46,018 nt of DNA from Planctomycetaceae bacterium (lineage in GTDB: Bacteria; Planctomycetota; Planctomycetia; Pirellulales; UBA1268): positions 1 to 46,018 of the forward strand of contig JBJTRH010000356.1 in NCBI GenBank assembly GCA_046076065.1. Reading direction: 5' to 3'. This document shows positions 8,736 through 17,366 of the stretch, one piece after another. Position 1 is the first letter of the stretch. Each line of letters starts with the position of its first letter. The notes below the pieces were generated by a model, which searched no databases, was not told where the DNA came from, and worked only from the letters and a program-made list of their open reading frames with translations. Position numbers and translations under genes: made by a program.

Positions 8736-10625
8736 TCACGAGGGCGAGCCGGCTCGACCCAGCGCGACGTGGTCGTAGACACCGAGGTCGTGATTCGCCT
8801 TGCGGAGCTTGTCGGCGATCGCGCGGGCGATGTTGCGCCAGACCACCGCGTGGATGGCGGCATCGGTGTCGCGGAGCGTGTCGAAGTCGACTCGATGAAG
8901 GACGAGGCACTCGACCTCGCTTTCGGCGACGACGGTGGCCGACCGCGGCGACTCCTCCGCGAATGCCATCTCGCCCACCATCGCGCCCGCGGTGAAGGTC
9001 GCCAGCCTCCGGTCCGGCCCTCCCGGGACCGCGATCCAGGCGGAGGCGAGCCCCCTGGTGATCAGGATGATCGACGTGGCCTCGTCGCCCGCGGTGACGA
9101 GGCGTTCACCTCGACGGAAGGCCGCCGGCTTCATGATCGCGGCGAGCCGCTCGATCTGGGCCGCCGTGAGGCCATGGGCGAGGCCGTGGTCTGCCAGACG
9201 ATCGAGCGTCCGCGGCGGTGGCGCCGGCATGTGCCGCTCGAGGACGACGTCCTCGCACCACTCGAGCGCGTCGTCCGTGGAGGAAAATCGCAGCCGCGAC
9301 TCGGTCGGGGAGGGAGGATCGTGCCGCCGAAAGGCCGCCGCGAGCGGCGTGAGATGCTCGACGTGGGTCACCAGCACGCCGGTGCCCTGCGTGGCGAGGC
9401 GGTCCGCCAGATCGGAGAGGAGCGTGGCCGCCGCGTCGTTGACACTCGTGACGTGGTGGCAGTCGAGCACGAGCAACGCCGGCAGATCCTCCTCGGCAAG
9501 ATCGCGGACGATCGGCTCGGCCGACGAGAAGACCAGGCTCCCCTGGAGCTCGAGCACGCGGATCGCGGCTCCGTGCTGCTGCAGGCAGTGTCGTTCGGCG
9601 GCCGACCGGCTTCGGCTGGAGCCATGATCCGCCGCGGTGAAGGTCAATCGTCTGCCTTGGTGCGGACTGTGGGGCGGGTCGAACTGGTGGAGATCCCAGA
9701 GCCGTGACAACTCCTCGCAGACCTTGATCGCCCGCGCGCTGTTGCCGTGGACGTCGAGCCGGGGAGAGAACACGCCGATCCCGAGCTGCCCAGGGAGCAC
9801 CGCGAGCACGCCGCCGGCCACGCCGCTCTTGGCCGGCATGCCGACGTGGTAGATCCAGCCGCCCGCGTAGTCGTACATGCCGCAGGATGCCATCACGCTG
9901 AGGACGCACTCCACGTGGTCGCCCGAGATGGCCCGCTCGCCGGTGATCGGGTTTTGCCCATGGTTCGCGAGGGTGGCGGCCATCAACGCGAGGTCACGGC
10001 AGGTCACCGAAATCGCGCACTGGCGGAAGTAGACCTCGACGTCAGCCATCGGGTCGTCGGTGAGGACGTCGAAGTTGCGAAGCAGGTGCCCGATCGCCCG
10101 GTTGCGGTGGCCCGTGCGGCTCTCCGACTCGTAGACCGCGAGATCGACGTCGAGCGGGCGGCCCGCAAACCTTCCGATGCACGCCCTGATCCTCTCGAAC
10201 CGCTCCGCGGGATCCGAGGCACGGACCTGCCCCGTGGTGGCGATGGCCCCTGCGTTGATCATCGGGTTGAGCGGCCGGCCATTCGCCTTGTGCAGGCTGA
10301 TCGCGTTGAAGGCATCGCCGCTCGGCTCCACGCCCACCTTCGCGAGCAGGGCGTCGCGGCCGTTATCCTCGAGCGCCAGGCCATAGACGAAGGGCTTGGA
10401 GATCGACTGGACGGTGAAGGGCTGTGTCGCATCGCCGACCTCGTAGACGAAGCCGTCGGTCGTGGCCACGCAGATCGCGAAACAGTCGGGATTCGCGCGG
10501 GCCAGTTCGGGAATGTAGGTCGCTACCTCGCCCTCGTGAAAGGTCCGGTAGCGACGATGCATCTCCTCGAGGAGGCTGCGGATCGGGGAAAGGTCGGCGG
10601 AGGCTCGGCAGTTCGGCGCTGTCAT
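8736..10625 (-). CDS. glsA: Glutaminase A with C-terminal STAS-like and cyclic-nucleotide-binding domains
   Basis: GEVATYIPELA, QSISKPF, VGVEPSGDAFN, NPMINAGA, GMYDYAG, PAKSGVAGG; then ELQGSLVFSSAE/LVLDCHHV (STAS) and GAMVGEMAF..PRSATVVA (cNMP). Start is ATG 10625 or GTG 10631. Confidence 0.9.
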   Translation of the reverse strand: MTAPNCRASADLSPIRSLLEEMHRRYRTFHEGEVATYIPELARANPDCFAICVATTDGFVYEVGDATQPFTVQSISKPFVYGLALEDNGRDALLAKVGVEPSGDAFNAISLHKANGRPLNPMINAGAIATTGQVRASDPAERFERIRACIGRFAGRPLDVDLAVYESESRTGHRNRAIGHLLRNFDVLTDDPMADVEVYFRQCAISVTCRDLALMAATLANHGQNPITGERAISGDHVECVLSVMASCGMYDYAGGWIYHVGMPAKSGVAGGVLAVLPGQLGIGVFSPRLDVHGNSARAIKVCEELSRLWDLHQFDPPHSPHQGRRLTFTAADHGSSRSRSAAERHCLQQHGAAIRVLELQGSLVFSSAEPIVRDLAEEDLPALLVLDCHHVTSVNDAAATLLSDLADRLATQGTGVLVTHVEHLTPLAAAFRRHDPPSPTESRLRFSSTDDALEWCEDVVLERHMPAPPPRTLDRLADHGLAHGLTAAQIERLAAIMKPAAFRRGERLVTAGDEATSIILITRGLASAWIAVPGGPDRRLATFTAGAMVGEMAFAEESPRSATVVAESEVECLVLHRVDFDTLRDTDAAIHAVVWRNIARAIADKLRKANHDLGVYDHVALGRAGSPS

Positions 10626-10691
10626 TGCCACAGCAAACCCCGCTCGTGTGCCGTGGTCAAGCGACCCTCGGCCGCCGTGATCGTCATGGCG

Positions 10692-11621
10692 TTATGAGGC
10701 TGGCCGGAGGCCTGCCAGGGCCACGGCGAGGTCGGCGGCAACGCGAGCATTGTTGAGGAGCAGCGCCTCGTTCGTCTTCACGCTCGCCCCGCCGGTGAGC
10801 GCCCGCATCCGGTCGAGCAGGTAGGGGGTCACGCCGCGGCCGGTCACGTCGGCCGCCTCGACGAGCGCCGTGCCGAGGGCGGAGTCGTGGAGGTCTTTCG
10901 GCAGGGCGTCGGCCTCCGGTACCGGATTGGCGACCACGAGGCCCGACGTGAAGCCGAGATCGAAGTGCGTGCGGACGGCGTGGGCGACGTCGGCGATCGA
11001 GTCGCACCGCCGATCGACCCGCAGGCCGCTCTCCCGTCGGTAAAACGCCGGGAACTCGTCGGTGCCCATGCCGAGGATTGGCACGCCGAGCGTCTCGAGC
11101 ATCTCGACCGTTCGCGGCAGGTCGAGGATCGCCTTCGCGCCGGCGCAGACCACCGCCACCGGATAGCGCGAGAGCGCCGTGAGGTCGGCCGACACGTCGC
11201 CCGTCTCCGTCGCGCCACGGTGCACACCTCCGATGCCGCCCGTCGCGAACACGCGGATACCGGCACGCCACGCGGCGAACATCGTCGCCGCAACCGTCGT
11301 CGAACCGCAACCGCCTGCGGCGACCTCCGCTCCGAAGTTCCCAAGGTTGACCTTCACGGGATTCGGCGCCGCGGCCAGCCGAGCGAGTTCCGCCCGCGAG
11401 ATGCCGACGCGCACGGAGCCGTCGAGGATGCCGATCGTCGCGGGGATCGCGCCGCGGGCCCGGACCGCCTCCTCGAGCGCTGCCGCCACCCGCTCGCCGT
11501 CGGGCTGGGGCAGGCCGTGCGTGACGAGCGTGGTCTCGAGGGCCACCACGGGCCTGCCGGCGACGATCGCCGAGGCGACGTCGGGGCAGACGCGAAACAG
11601 TCCGCTCGCAGACGCGGTCAC
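10692..11621 (-). CDS. psuG: Pseudouridine-5'-phosphate glycosidase
   Basis: PVVALETTLVTHGLP, GSTTVAATM, FATGGIGGVHRG, DVSADL, AGAKAILD, GRGVTPYLL. Start taken as GTG 11621 behind GGAG. Confidence 0.92.
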   Translation of the reverse strand: MTASASGLFRVCPDVASAIVAGRPVVALETTLVTHGLPQPDGERVAAALEEAVRARGAIPATIGILDGSVRVGISRAELARLAAAPNPVKVNLGNFGAEVAAGGCGSTTVAATMFAAWRAGIRVFATGGIGGVHRGATETGDVSADLTALSRYPVAVVCAGAKAILDLPRTVEMLETLGVPILGMGTDEFPAFYRRESGLRVDRRCDSIADVAHAVRTHFDLGFTSGLVVANPVPEADALPKDLHDSALGTALVEAADVTGRGVTPYLLDRMRALTGGASVKTNEALLLNNARVAADLAVALAGLRPAS

Positions 11622-11727
11622 AGGTACGCTCCGATCATTGACCTCGCGGCAAGATAGGCCGCCCAGCGGTGTTTCAGCAACCGGGTCAGGGCGTTGCTGG
11701 GCCGGACGGCGTCGCCGCAGCCGGGCG

Positions 11728-12696
11728 TCACCGCCATCCCTCGTCGCCGTGTCCTTGCTCCCCGCCGGCCATCGTTGCCATCGACGCGAACACGGCGGCA
11801 TTCACCTGATCCGGCAGGAACCGCACGGCGCCGTCCGCCAAGACGCAGGTCACGCCACCCGAGTGGAAGCTGTTGGGTTTCCACGGGGAACTCTGCGTGG
11901 AGTTGGGCGTCGCATCGAAGTAGGCGTACATATGGAGCATCATGCCACGACTCGTCTCCAGGCCGAATGGTGCGGACGAGGGAGTGGCATGCTCCCGATA
12001 CTTGCGGCCCCACACCTCGCAGACCATCGCCGTGTGCGACACGCCGTCGGCGACTGCCGACAGTCGTGTTCGCGAATCGTTGTAGAACAGGCCATCGTTG
12101 GCGTTGCAGTGGCCGTAGTTCAGCGTGCCGTCGGGATGCGGCATGGTCGAATACTCCGTCGATCCAGCCACCGCAAAATAGTGCGCGATCCGGCAGATGT
12201 TCGCCGGGATCTGCCAGCTCGTGGTCAGGCCGCTGTAGGGGTCGCTCGGACACAGGAAGGTCGTGAACTGCTGCTGCATGACCGCCACATTCGCCTGGGA
12301 GGCGTACTGGGGACGGGTCGCAAAGTCGAGACGATCGAACGCAGGCTGCTCACCGATGAAGGGGAAGACGAGGTTCATCCAGATGCCGACATCACCGTCC
12401 CAGCTGCAGTGGTCTCCCATCGCGTAGCTCGACGAATACCCCCGGTCGAGATGCGTCCCATGGATCTCGCCCGGTGGCAGACGTCCGCGGGCCGATTCAT
12501 AGCCGCGGATGGCGAGGCCGATCTGGCGGAGGTTGTTGCCGCACGATGTCCGCCTGGCAGACTCACGGACCATCTGAACCGCGTGAACCAGCAGCCCGAC
12601 GAGCATCGCGATGATTGCGACGACGACCAGCAGCTCCACGAGCGTGAAGCCCGCGGCCACGTGACCGCAACGGCGGGAGCGCGTCTCCGTCGTCAT
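11728..12696 (-). CDS. DUF1559 family prepilin-type protein (H-X9-DG motif)
   Basis: GFTLVELLVVVAIIAML..VRESARRTSCGNNLRQIGLA, FLCPSD, HSGGVTCVLADG. Its ATG overlaps the PfkB stop (ATGA). Confidence 0.92.
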   Translation of the reverse strand: MTTETRSRRCGHVAAGFTLVELLVVVAIIAMLVGLLVHAVQMVRESARRTSCGNNLRQIGLAIRGYESARGRLPPGEIHGTHLDRGYSSSYAMGDHCSWDGDVGIWMNLVFPFIGEQPAFDRLDFATRPQYASQANVAVMQQQFTTFLCPSDPYSGLTTSWQIPANICRIAHYFAVAGSTEYSTMPHPDGTLNYGHCNANDGLFYNDSRTRLSAVADGVSHTAMVCEVWGRKYREHATPSSAPFGLETSRGMMLHMYAYFDATPNSTQSSPWKPNSFHSGGVTCVLADGAVRFLPDQVNAAVFASMATMAGGEQGHGDEGWR

Positions 12697-13609
12697 GCGT
12701 CACCAAACCACTCGGTCTGCCGCTCCGCGGCCAACGCCGGCGAGGCCGCCATCAGGCCGCGGGCGCCCCAGTCTTCGATCGCGAAGCTCGCCGACACGAT
12801 GCCCTGCTCGATAGCGCGGCCCACGTCGCCGTGCGTGACGAGGCCGGCGAGGAATCCGCCGGCAAACGCATCGCCGGCGCCCGTGGCATCCACCACGTCG
12901 CGGCTGCGAGAGCGCCACGCCTGCGACTGCTTCTCATGCAGGTCGAGGAGCCGGCCGCCGTTCGCGGCCCGCTTGAAGGCCACGTGCCGCAGCCGTGGAC
13001 CGGCCAGCGATGTCAGGAACACTTCTTCGGCGTCGCCGGTGAGTCGCCACTCGTCCTCGCTCACGAAGAACAGGTCGAGATGGGTGAGCACGTCTCGCCA
13101 GGCGGCGAGTGTCCCATCGCGCACGAGTTCGAACGGATCCAGCGACACGAGCCTGTTGTCGCCTGCCGTTGGTGCCAAGCCGTGGGCAGGTCGAGCTGCC
13201 GGGCGAGCGGCATCGGCGCCAGGTGAAACACGCGGGCCGCCAGCCAGGTAGGCGGTACGTCGGCGAGTGTTGGCGACACGTCGGCATGGCTTGGGCAGTC
13301 GAGATGATGCACGGTCCGCCGGACCGCGGGCTCGTAGAGGAGCCAGGCCCGGCCACCAGTGCGGTCGAGCCGACGAACCGCCGCCAGGTCGACGCCGCGG
13401 GCGGCGAGCGCGGCGAGCGCCTCGGCCGGGTAGTCGGTGCCCGCCACGGAGCAGATGCCGACCCGGGCGCCCCAGAGGGCGGCCGCAAGGGCCGCATGGA
13501 GCACGGCGCCGCCGGGTTCGCCCATCAGGGTGCGGCCATCGCGGAGCACGATGTCGTCGACGAGCAGGTTGCCGAGCAGCACGACGTCGGGCGCGGTGGC
13601 GGCGTTCAT
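12693..13609 (-). pseudogene. PfkB/ribokinase-family kinase (candidate pseudouridine kinase) split by a single-base frameshift; pseudogene or sequencing error
   Basis: The N-terminal half (GNLLVDD, GEPGGA, VAGTDY) is in the 13061..13609 frame; the C-terminal half (VSLDP, VSEDE, DATGAGDAFAGGFLAG) is in the 12693..13640 frame. They join by adding one base at CTC GAC CT^GCC CAC near 13188. Confidence 0.8.
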
Positions 13610-14442
13610 CGACCTGCTCCGGCCGCGGCGTGGAACGCATCGACCATCGTCTTCACGGCGACGGGGTCGAGCGGCATCCGCCAGTCGCCCCGCTGCTTCA
13701 CCGCAGAGCCCACGATCAGGCCGTCGGCGGCACCGAACGCCGCCACGTTGTCGGGCGTGATGCCGGAGCCGACGAAGACCGGAATGCCCACGGCACCGCT
13801 CACCGCGGCGACCTCGGCGGCATCGGCGGCCCGGCCGGTCGCCGCGCCGGTCACGATCACGCCATCGGCCAGGGCGAACTCCGCGGCGTGGGCCGTTTCG
13901 GCGATGTCGACGTCGGCCGTGATCGCGTGCGACGAGTGCTTCTTTTTAATGTCGGCGAACACGCGGATGTGCTCGGCCCCGACGGCGGCACGGTAGCGGA
14001 GCAGAGGCCCGGCGTCGGCCTCGATGAGCCCCTCGTCGGCGACGTGCGCGAACACGAAGCCCTCGACCCGCACGAACGCCGCCCCGCAGGCAAGGGCGAC
14101 CGCGACCGCCTCTTCATTGGCGGCGGCGAGCACCTGCACGCCGAGCGGCAGCGGCACCGCGCGGCGGACCTCGCGGCCGATCACCGCCATCGCGGCCACC
14201 ACCTCCGGACCCACCTGCGACTTCAGGTAGGGCCGGTCGAACATGTTCTCGATCATGAGCCCATGGAACCCGGCGGCGCGGTAGGTCTCGGCCTCGGCCA
14301 CGGCCCGTGCAACGTGGTTGTCGATGCCCGCGGGCTGGCTGCGGTACCCCGGGCTGCCAGGAAGCGGGCCCACGTGCAGCATGCCGATCAGCGCGCGGGG
14401 AGCGTCGAAGAGCGTCGTCATCGTCTGCCGGCGGGCGTCCAT
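13606..14442 (-). CDS. BtpA/SgcQ family TIM-barrel protein
   Basis: LIGMLHVGPLPGSP, GLMIENMFDRPY, ADIKKKHSSH, DGVIVTGAATG, VGSGITPDN, GLIVGSAVK. Start at 14442 or 14421. Confidence 0.9.
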   Translation of the reverse strand: MDARRQTMTTLFDAPRALIGMLHVGPLPGSPGYRSQPAGIDNHVARAVAEAETYRAAGFHGLMIENMFDRPYLKSQVGPEVVAAMAVIGREVRRAVPLPLGVQVLAAANEEAVAVALACGAAFVRVEGFVFAHVADEGLIEADAGPLLRYRAAVGAEHIRVFADIKKKHSSHAITADVDIAETAHAAEFALADGVIVTGAATGRAADAAEVAAVSGAVGIPVFVGSGITPDNVAAFGAADGLIVGSAVKQRGDWRMPLDPVAVKTMVDAFHAAAGAGR

Positions 14443-14491
14443 GTCCAGTGGTGTACCAGACCGCCGGGGCGACTGGGAGCCGCGCAGGTTG

Positions 14492-14497
14492 TATCCT
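14492..14497 (+). promoter_or_regulatory. Putative -10 box (TATCCT) of the group 3b hydrogenase operon
   Basis: TATCCT about 40 nt upstream of the GAGGT-N5-ATG start at 14537, back-to-back with the btpA promoter. Confidence 0.4.
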
Positions 14498-14536
14498 GCG
14501 GTCCGCGGGCCGAAAGTTCGGCGTCACGAGGTTCCC

Positions 14537-15733
14537 ATGACCGCACCGCAACCCGGCTCCTGGCACTGGCTCGACACCGCCGGGCTGCAGCGGCTGATCG
14601 ACGCACTTGTCGCCCGCGGCCACCGAGTGATCGGTCCGCAGGTGGCCGACGGGGCGATCGTGCTCCGCGATCTGGCGAGAGCCTCTGACCTGCCGGCCGG
14701 CTGGCTCGACGAGCAGGACGGCGGCTCCTACCGGCTGCGCTACGATCCCGCCGCGGGCACTTTCGACCACGTGGTGGGGCCGCACTCGCTGAAAAACTTT
14801 CTGTTTCCCGCGCGGGAGACGCTTGCGACCTTCACTCGCGACGGCGGTGGCTGGACGCAGACGCCGCGGCCCGAGGCCGACGCACCGCTGGCCGTGGTCG
14901 GCGTGCGGGGCTGCGACCTCGCGGCGCTCGCCGTGCAGGACCGCGTGTTCCTCGGCAGCGGCTTCGTGGACGAAGGCTACCGCTCGCGCCGCGAGACGCT
15001 GTTTCTCGTCGCCGTCAACTGCCGCCGCGCGGCAGCGACCTGCTTCTGCCACTCGATGGGGTGCGGCCCCGCGGCGGGGCCGGGCTACGATCTCGCCCTT
15101 ACCGAGATCGCCGGCCGGTTCGCTTGCGAGGTTGGCACCGCCCGCGGAGCCGCCGTGCTTGGCGATGTGGGCGACGCCGGAGCGATGCTCGACGCATGCT
15201 CGACCGGCGAGATCGATGCGGCTCGTGCGGTGTCCCGCGACCTTGAATCGCACATGCACGCGCGGCAGGCGACGTCCGCAGGCCCTGCGCCCCGCAGTCT
15301 CGACACGCACGACGTCCGCGACCTGCTCGTCGGCAATCCCGAGCATTCGCGGTGGGACGACGTCGCCTCTCGGTGCCTCTCCTGCACCAACTGCACGCTC
15401 GTCTGCCCGACATGCTTCTGCGCCAGCGTGAAGGAGGTGGCCGATCTCTCCGGTGACCACGTGAGCCGCGAGCGGCACTGGGCGAGCTGCTTCGCGCTCG
15501 ACCACTCCCGGATGCACGACCACCCGGTGCGGAGCACGACGGCCTCGCGCTACCGCCAGTGGGCGACGCACAAGTTCGCCTGGTGGTTCGACCAGTTCGG
15601 CACGTCGGGCTGCACCGGCTGCGGCCGCTGCATCACGTGGTGTCCGGTGGGCATCGACGTCACGGAGGAACTCGCGGCGATCCGGGCGACCGACGCCAGG
15701 ACCACGCCCACCGCCCCGGAGCCGCCACCATGA
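14537..15733 (+). CDS. Group 3b [NiFe]-hydrogenase (sulfhydrogenase) beta subunit, 4Fe-4S protein
   Basis: GVRGCDL, CFCHSMG, CLSCTNCTLVCPTCFC, RYRQWATHK, GCTGCGRCITWCPVGID. Start at ATG 14537. Confidence 0.88.
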   Translation: MTAPQPGSWHWLDTAGLQRLIDALVARGHRVIGPQVADGAIVLRDLARASDLPAGWLDEQDGGSYRLRYDPAAGTFDHVVGPHSLKNFLFPARETLATFTRDGGGWTQTPRPEADAPLAVVGVRGCDLAALAVQDRVFLGSGFVDEGYRSRRETLFLVAVNCRRAAATCFCHSMGCGPAAGPGYDLALTEIAGRFACEVGTARGAAVLGDVGDAGAMLDACSTGEIDAARAVSRDLESHMHARQATSAGPAPRSLDTHDVRDLLVGNPEHSRWDDVASRCLSCTNCTLVCPTCFCASVKEVADLSGDHVSRERHWASCFALDHSRMHDHPVRSTTASRYRQWATHKFAWWFDQFGTSGCTGCGRCITWCPVGIDVTEELAAIRATDARTTPTAPEPPP

Positions 15734-16590
15734 CGTTGCCGGTCCCCGTGCCACCCGGCCAGGCGAGCGACCCCTGGCAGTCGCACGCCGCACGGATCGT
15801 GGCGATCGCGGATGAGACGCCGGGAGTGCGGACCTACGAGCTCGAACTCGAGGACGCTGCGATCCGCGCCGCGTATCGATTCGAGCCCGGTCAGTTCAAC
15901 ATGCTCTACCTGCCCGGCATCGGCGAGGCCGCGATCTCGGTGAGTTCCGATCCCGCCGTCACCGCCACGATCTCGCACACGGTGCGGGCCGTCGGCAACG
16001 TCACCGACGCCCTGGTGCGGCTCTGCGTGGGTGATCAGGTGCTGCTCCGCGGCCCGTTCGGCACGCCGTGGCCGGTCGAGCATGGAGCAGGCCGCGACGT
16101 CGTGATCGTGGCGGGCGGCCTTGGGCTCGCCTCGCAGCGGGCCGCGATCCTCCGCCTCGCCGGGCCGGGCCGCTGTCGGAGGCTGACCGTGCTGCACGGC
16201 GCGAAGCGGCCCGAGGGTCTGCTCTACACAAGAGAGTACGACGCATGGCGGACCGCCGGCGTGGACGTCCGCACGATCGTGGACGATGCCGAGCCCGCGT
16301 GGCCCGGGCTCCGATGGCTCGTGACCTCGCTGCTGCCCGATGCGATCCGCGATCCTGCGGCGACCACGCTGCTCTGCTGCGGACCCGACCCGATGATGCT
16401 GGGCGTGGCCGAGGCCGCGATTGCTGCGGATGTGCTTCCGGCCGAGGTGTTTCTCTCGCTCGAGCGAAACATGGCCTGTGCCGTGGCCCACTGCGGCCTC
16501 TGCCAGTTCGGCCCACACTTCGTCTGCCGCGACGGCCCCGTGCTGACGTACGATCGAATCGCCCCGCTCATGCGGATCCCGCAGTTGTGA
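15730..16590 (+). CDS. Group 3b hydrogenase gamma subunit (FAD/NAD(P)-binding, 2Fe-2S)
   Basis: PGQFNML..GEAAISVSS, RGPFG, AGGLGLA, CGPDPMM, SLERNMACAVAHCGLCQ..CRDGPV. ATGA-coupled to the beta gene. Confidence 0.88.
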   Translation: MTLPVPVPPGQASDPWQSHAARIVAIADETPGVRTYELELEDAAIRAAYRFEPGQFNMLYLPGIGEAAISVSSDPAVTATISHTVRAVGNVTDALVRLCVGDQVLLRGPFGTPWPVEHGAGRDVVIVAGGLGLASQRAAILRLAGPGRCRRLTVLHGAKRPEGLLYTREYDAWRTAGVDVRTIVDDAEPAWPGLRWLVTSLLPDAIRDPAATTLLCCGPDPMMLGVAEAAIAADVLPAEVFLSLERNMACAVAHCGLCQFGPHFVCRDGPVLTYDRIAPLMRIPQL

Positions 16591-17366
16591 CAGCGAAGCC
16601 CCGACTCGCCGTGTTCAAGTTCGCCTCCTGCGATGGCTGCCAGCTGCAGCTGCTCGAGGCCGGGGATCGTATTCTTGAACTCGCCGGCCGGGTCGAGATC
16701 GACCACTTCCTGGAAGCCAGCTCACGGGTCGTGGCCGGGCCGTATGACGTGGGCCTCGTCGAGGGCTCGATCACCACCGCGGAGGATGCCGCGAGGATTC
16801 GTGAGATCCGGAGCCAGTGCCGGATGCTCGTGACGATTGGCGCCTGTGCCACGGCTGGCGGCATCCAGGCCCTCCGCAACTGGGGCCGAATCGACGACTT
16901 CCTCAGCGCGGTCTACGCCACGCCGGACTACGTCGCCACGCTCGCCACGAGCACCGCCATCGCCGACCATGTGCCGGTCGACTTCGAGCTCCGCGGCTGT
17001 CCGATCGACCGCGGCCAGCTCCTCGACCTGCTCACGGCCGTGCTCCTCGGCCGCAAGCCCCATGTGCCGGGCCACTGCGTGTGCGTGGAGTGCAAGGCCC
17101 GCGGCGCGGTGTGCGTGGCGGTGGCGAAAGGGATCGCCTGCCTGGGGCCGGTGACGCAGGCCGGCTGCGATGCGATCTGCCCGGCCCACGACCGCGAGTG
17201 CTTCGGCTGCTTTGGGCCGAGCGAGTCACCGAACCTCGTGAGCCTGACCGGCTTCTACGAGCACCGCGGCACGCCCCGTGACGACCTCGTGCGGCTTATG
17301 CGGTCGTTCAACGCCGCCGCTCCGGCCTTCCGCGCCGAGAGCGACCGTTTGGAGGCCGGGGCATGA
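16587..17366 (+). CDS. Group 3b hydrogenase small (delta) subunit
   Basis: KFASCDGCQ, VEGSIT, GACATAGG, RGCP, CVECK, CLGPVTQAGC..CP..CFGC. GTG start overlaps the gamma stop. Confidence 0.9.
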   Translation: MTAKPRLAVFKFASCDGCQLQLLEAGDRILELAGRVEIDHFLEASSRVVAGPYDVGLVEGSITTAEDAARIREIRSQCRMLVTIGACATAGGIQALRNWGRIDDFLSAVYATPDYVATLATSTAIADHVPVDFELRGCPIDRGQLLDLLTAVLLGRKPHVPGHCVCVECKARGAVCVAVAKGIACLGPVTQAGCDAICPAHDRECFGCFGPSESPNLVSLTGFYEHRGTPRDDLVRLMRSFNAAAPAFRAESDRLEAGA

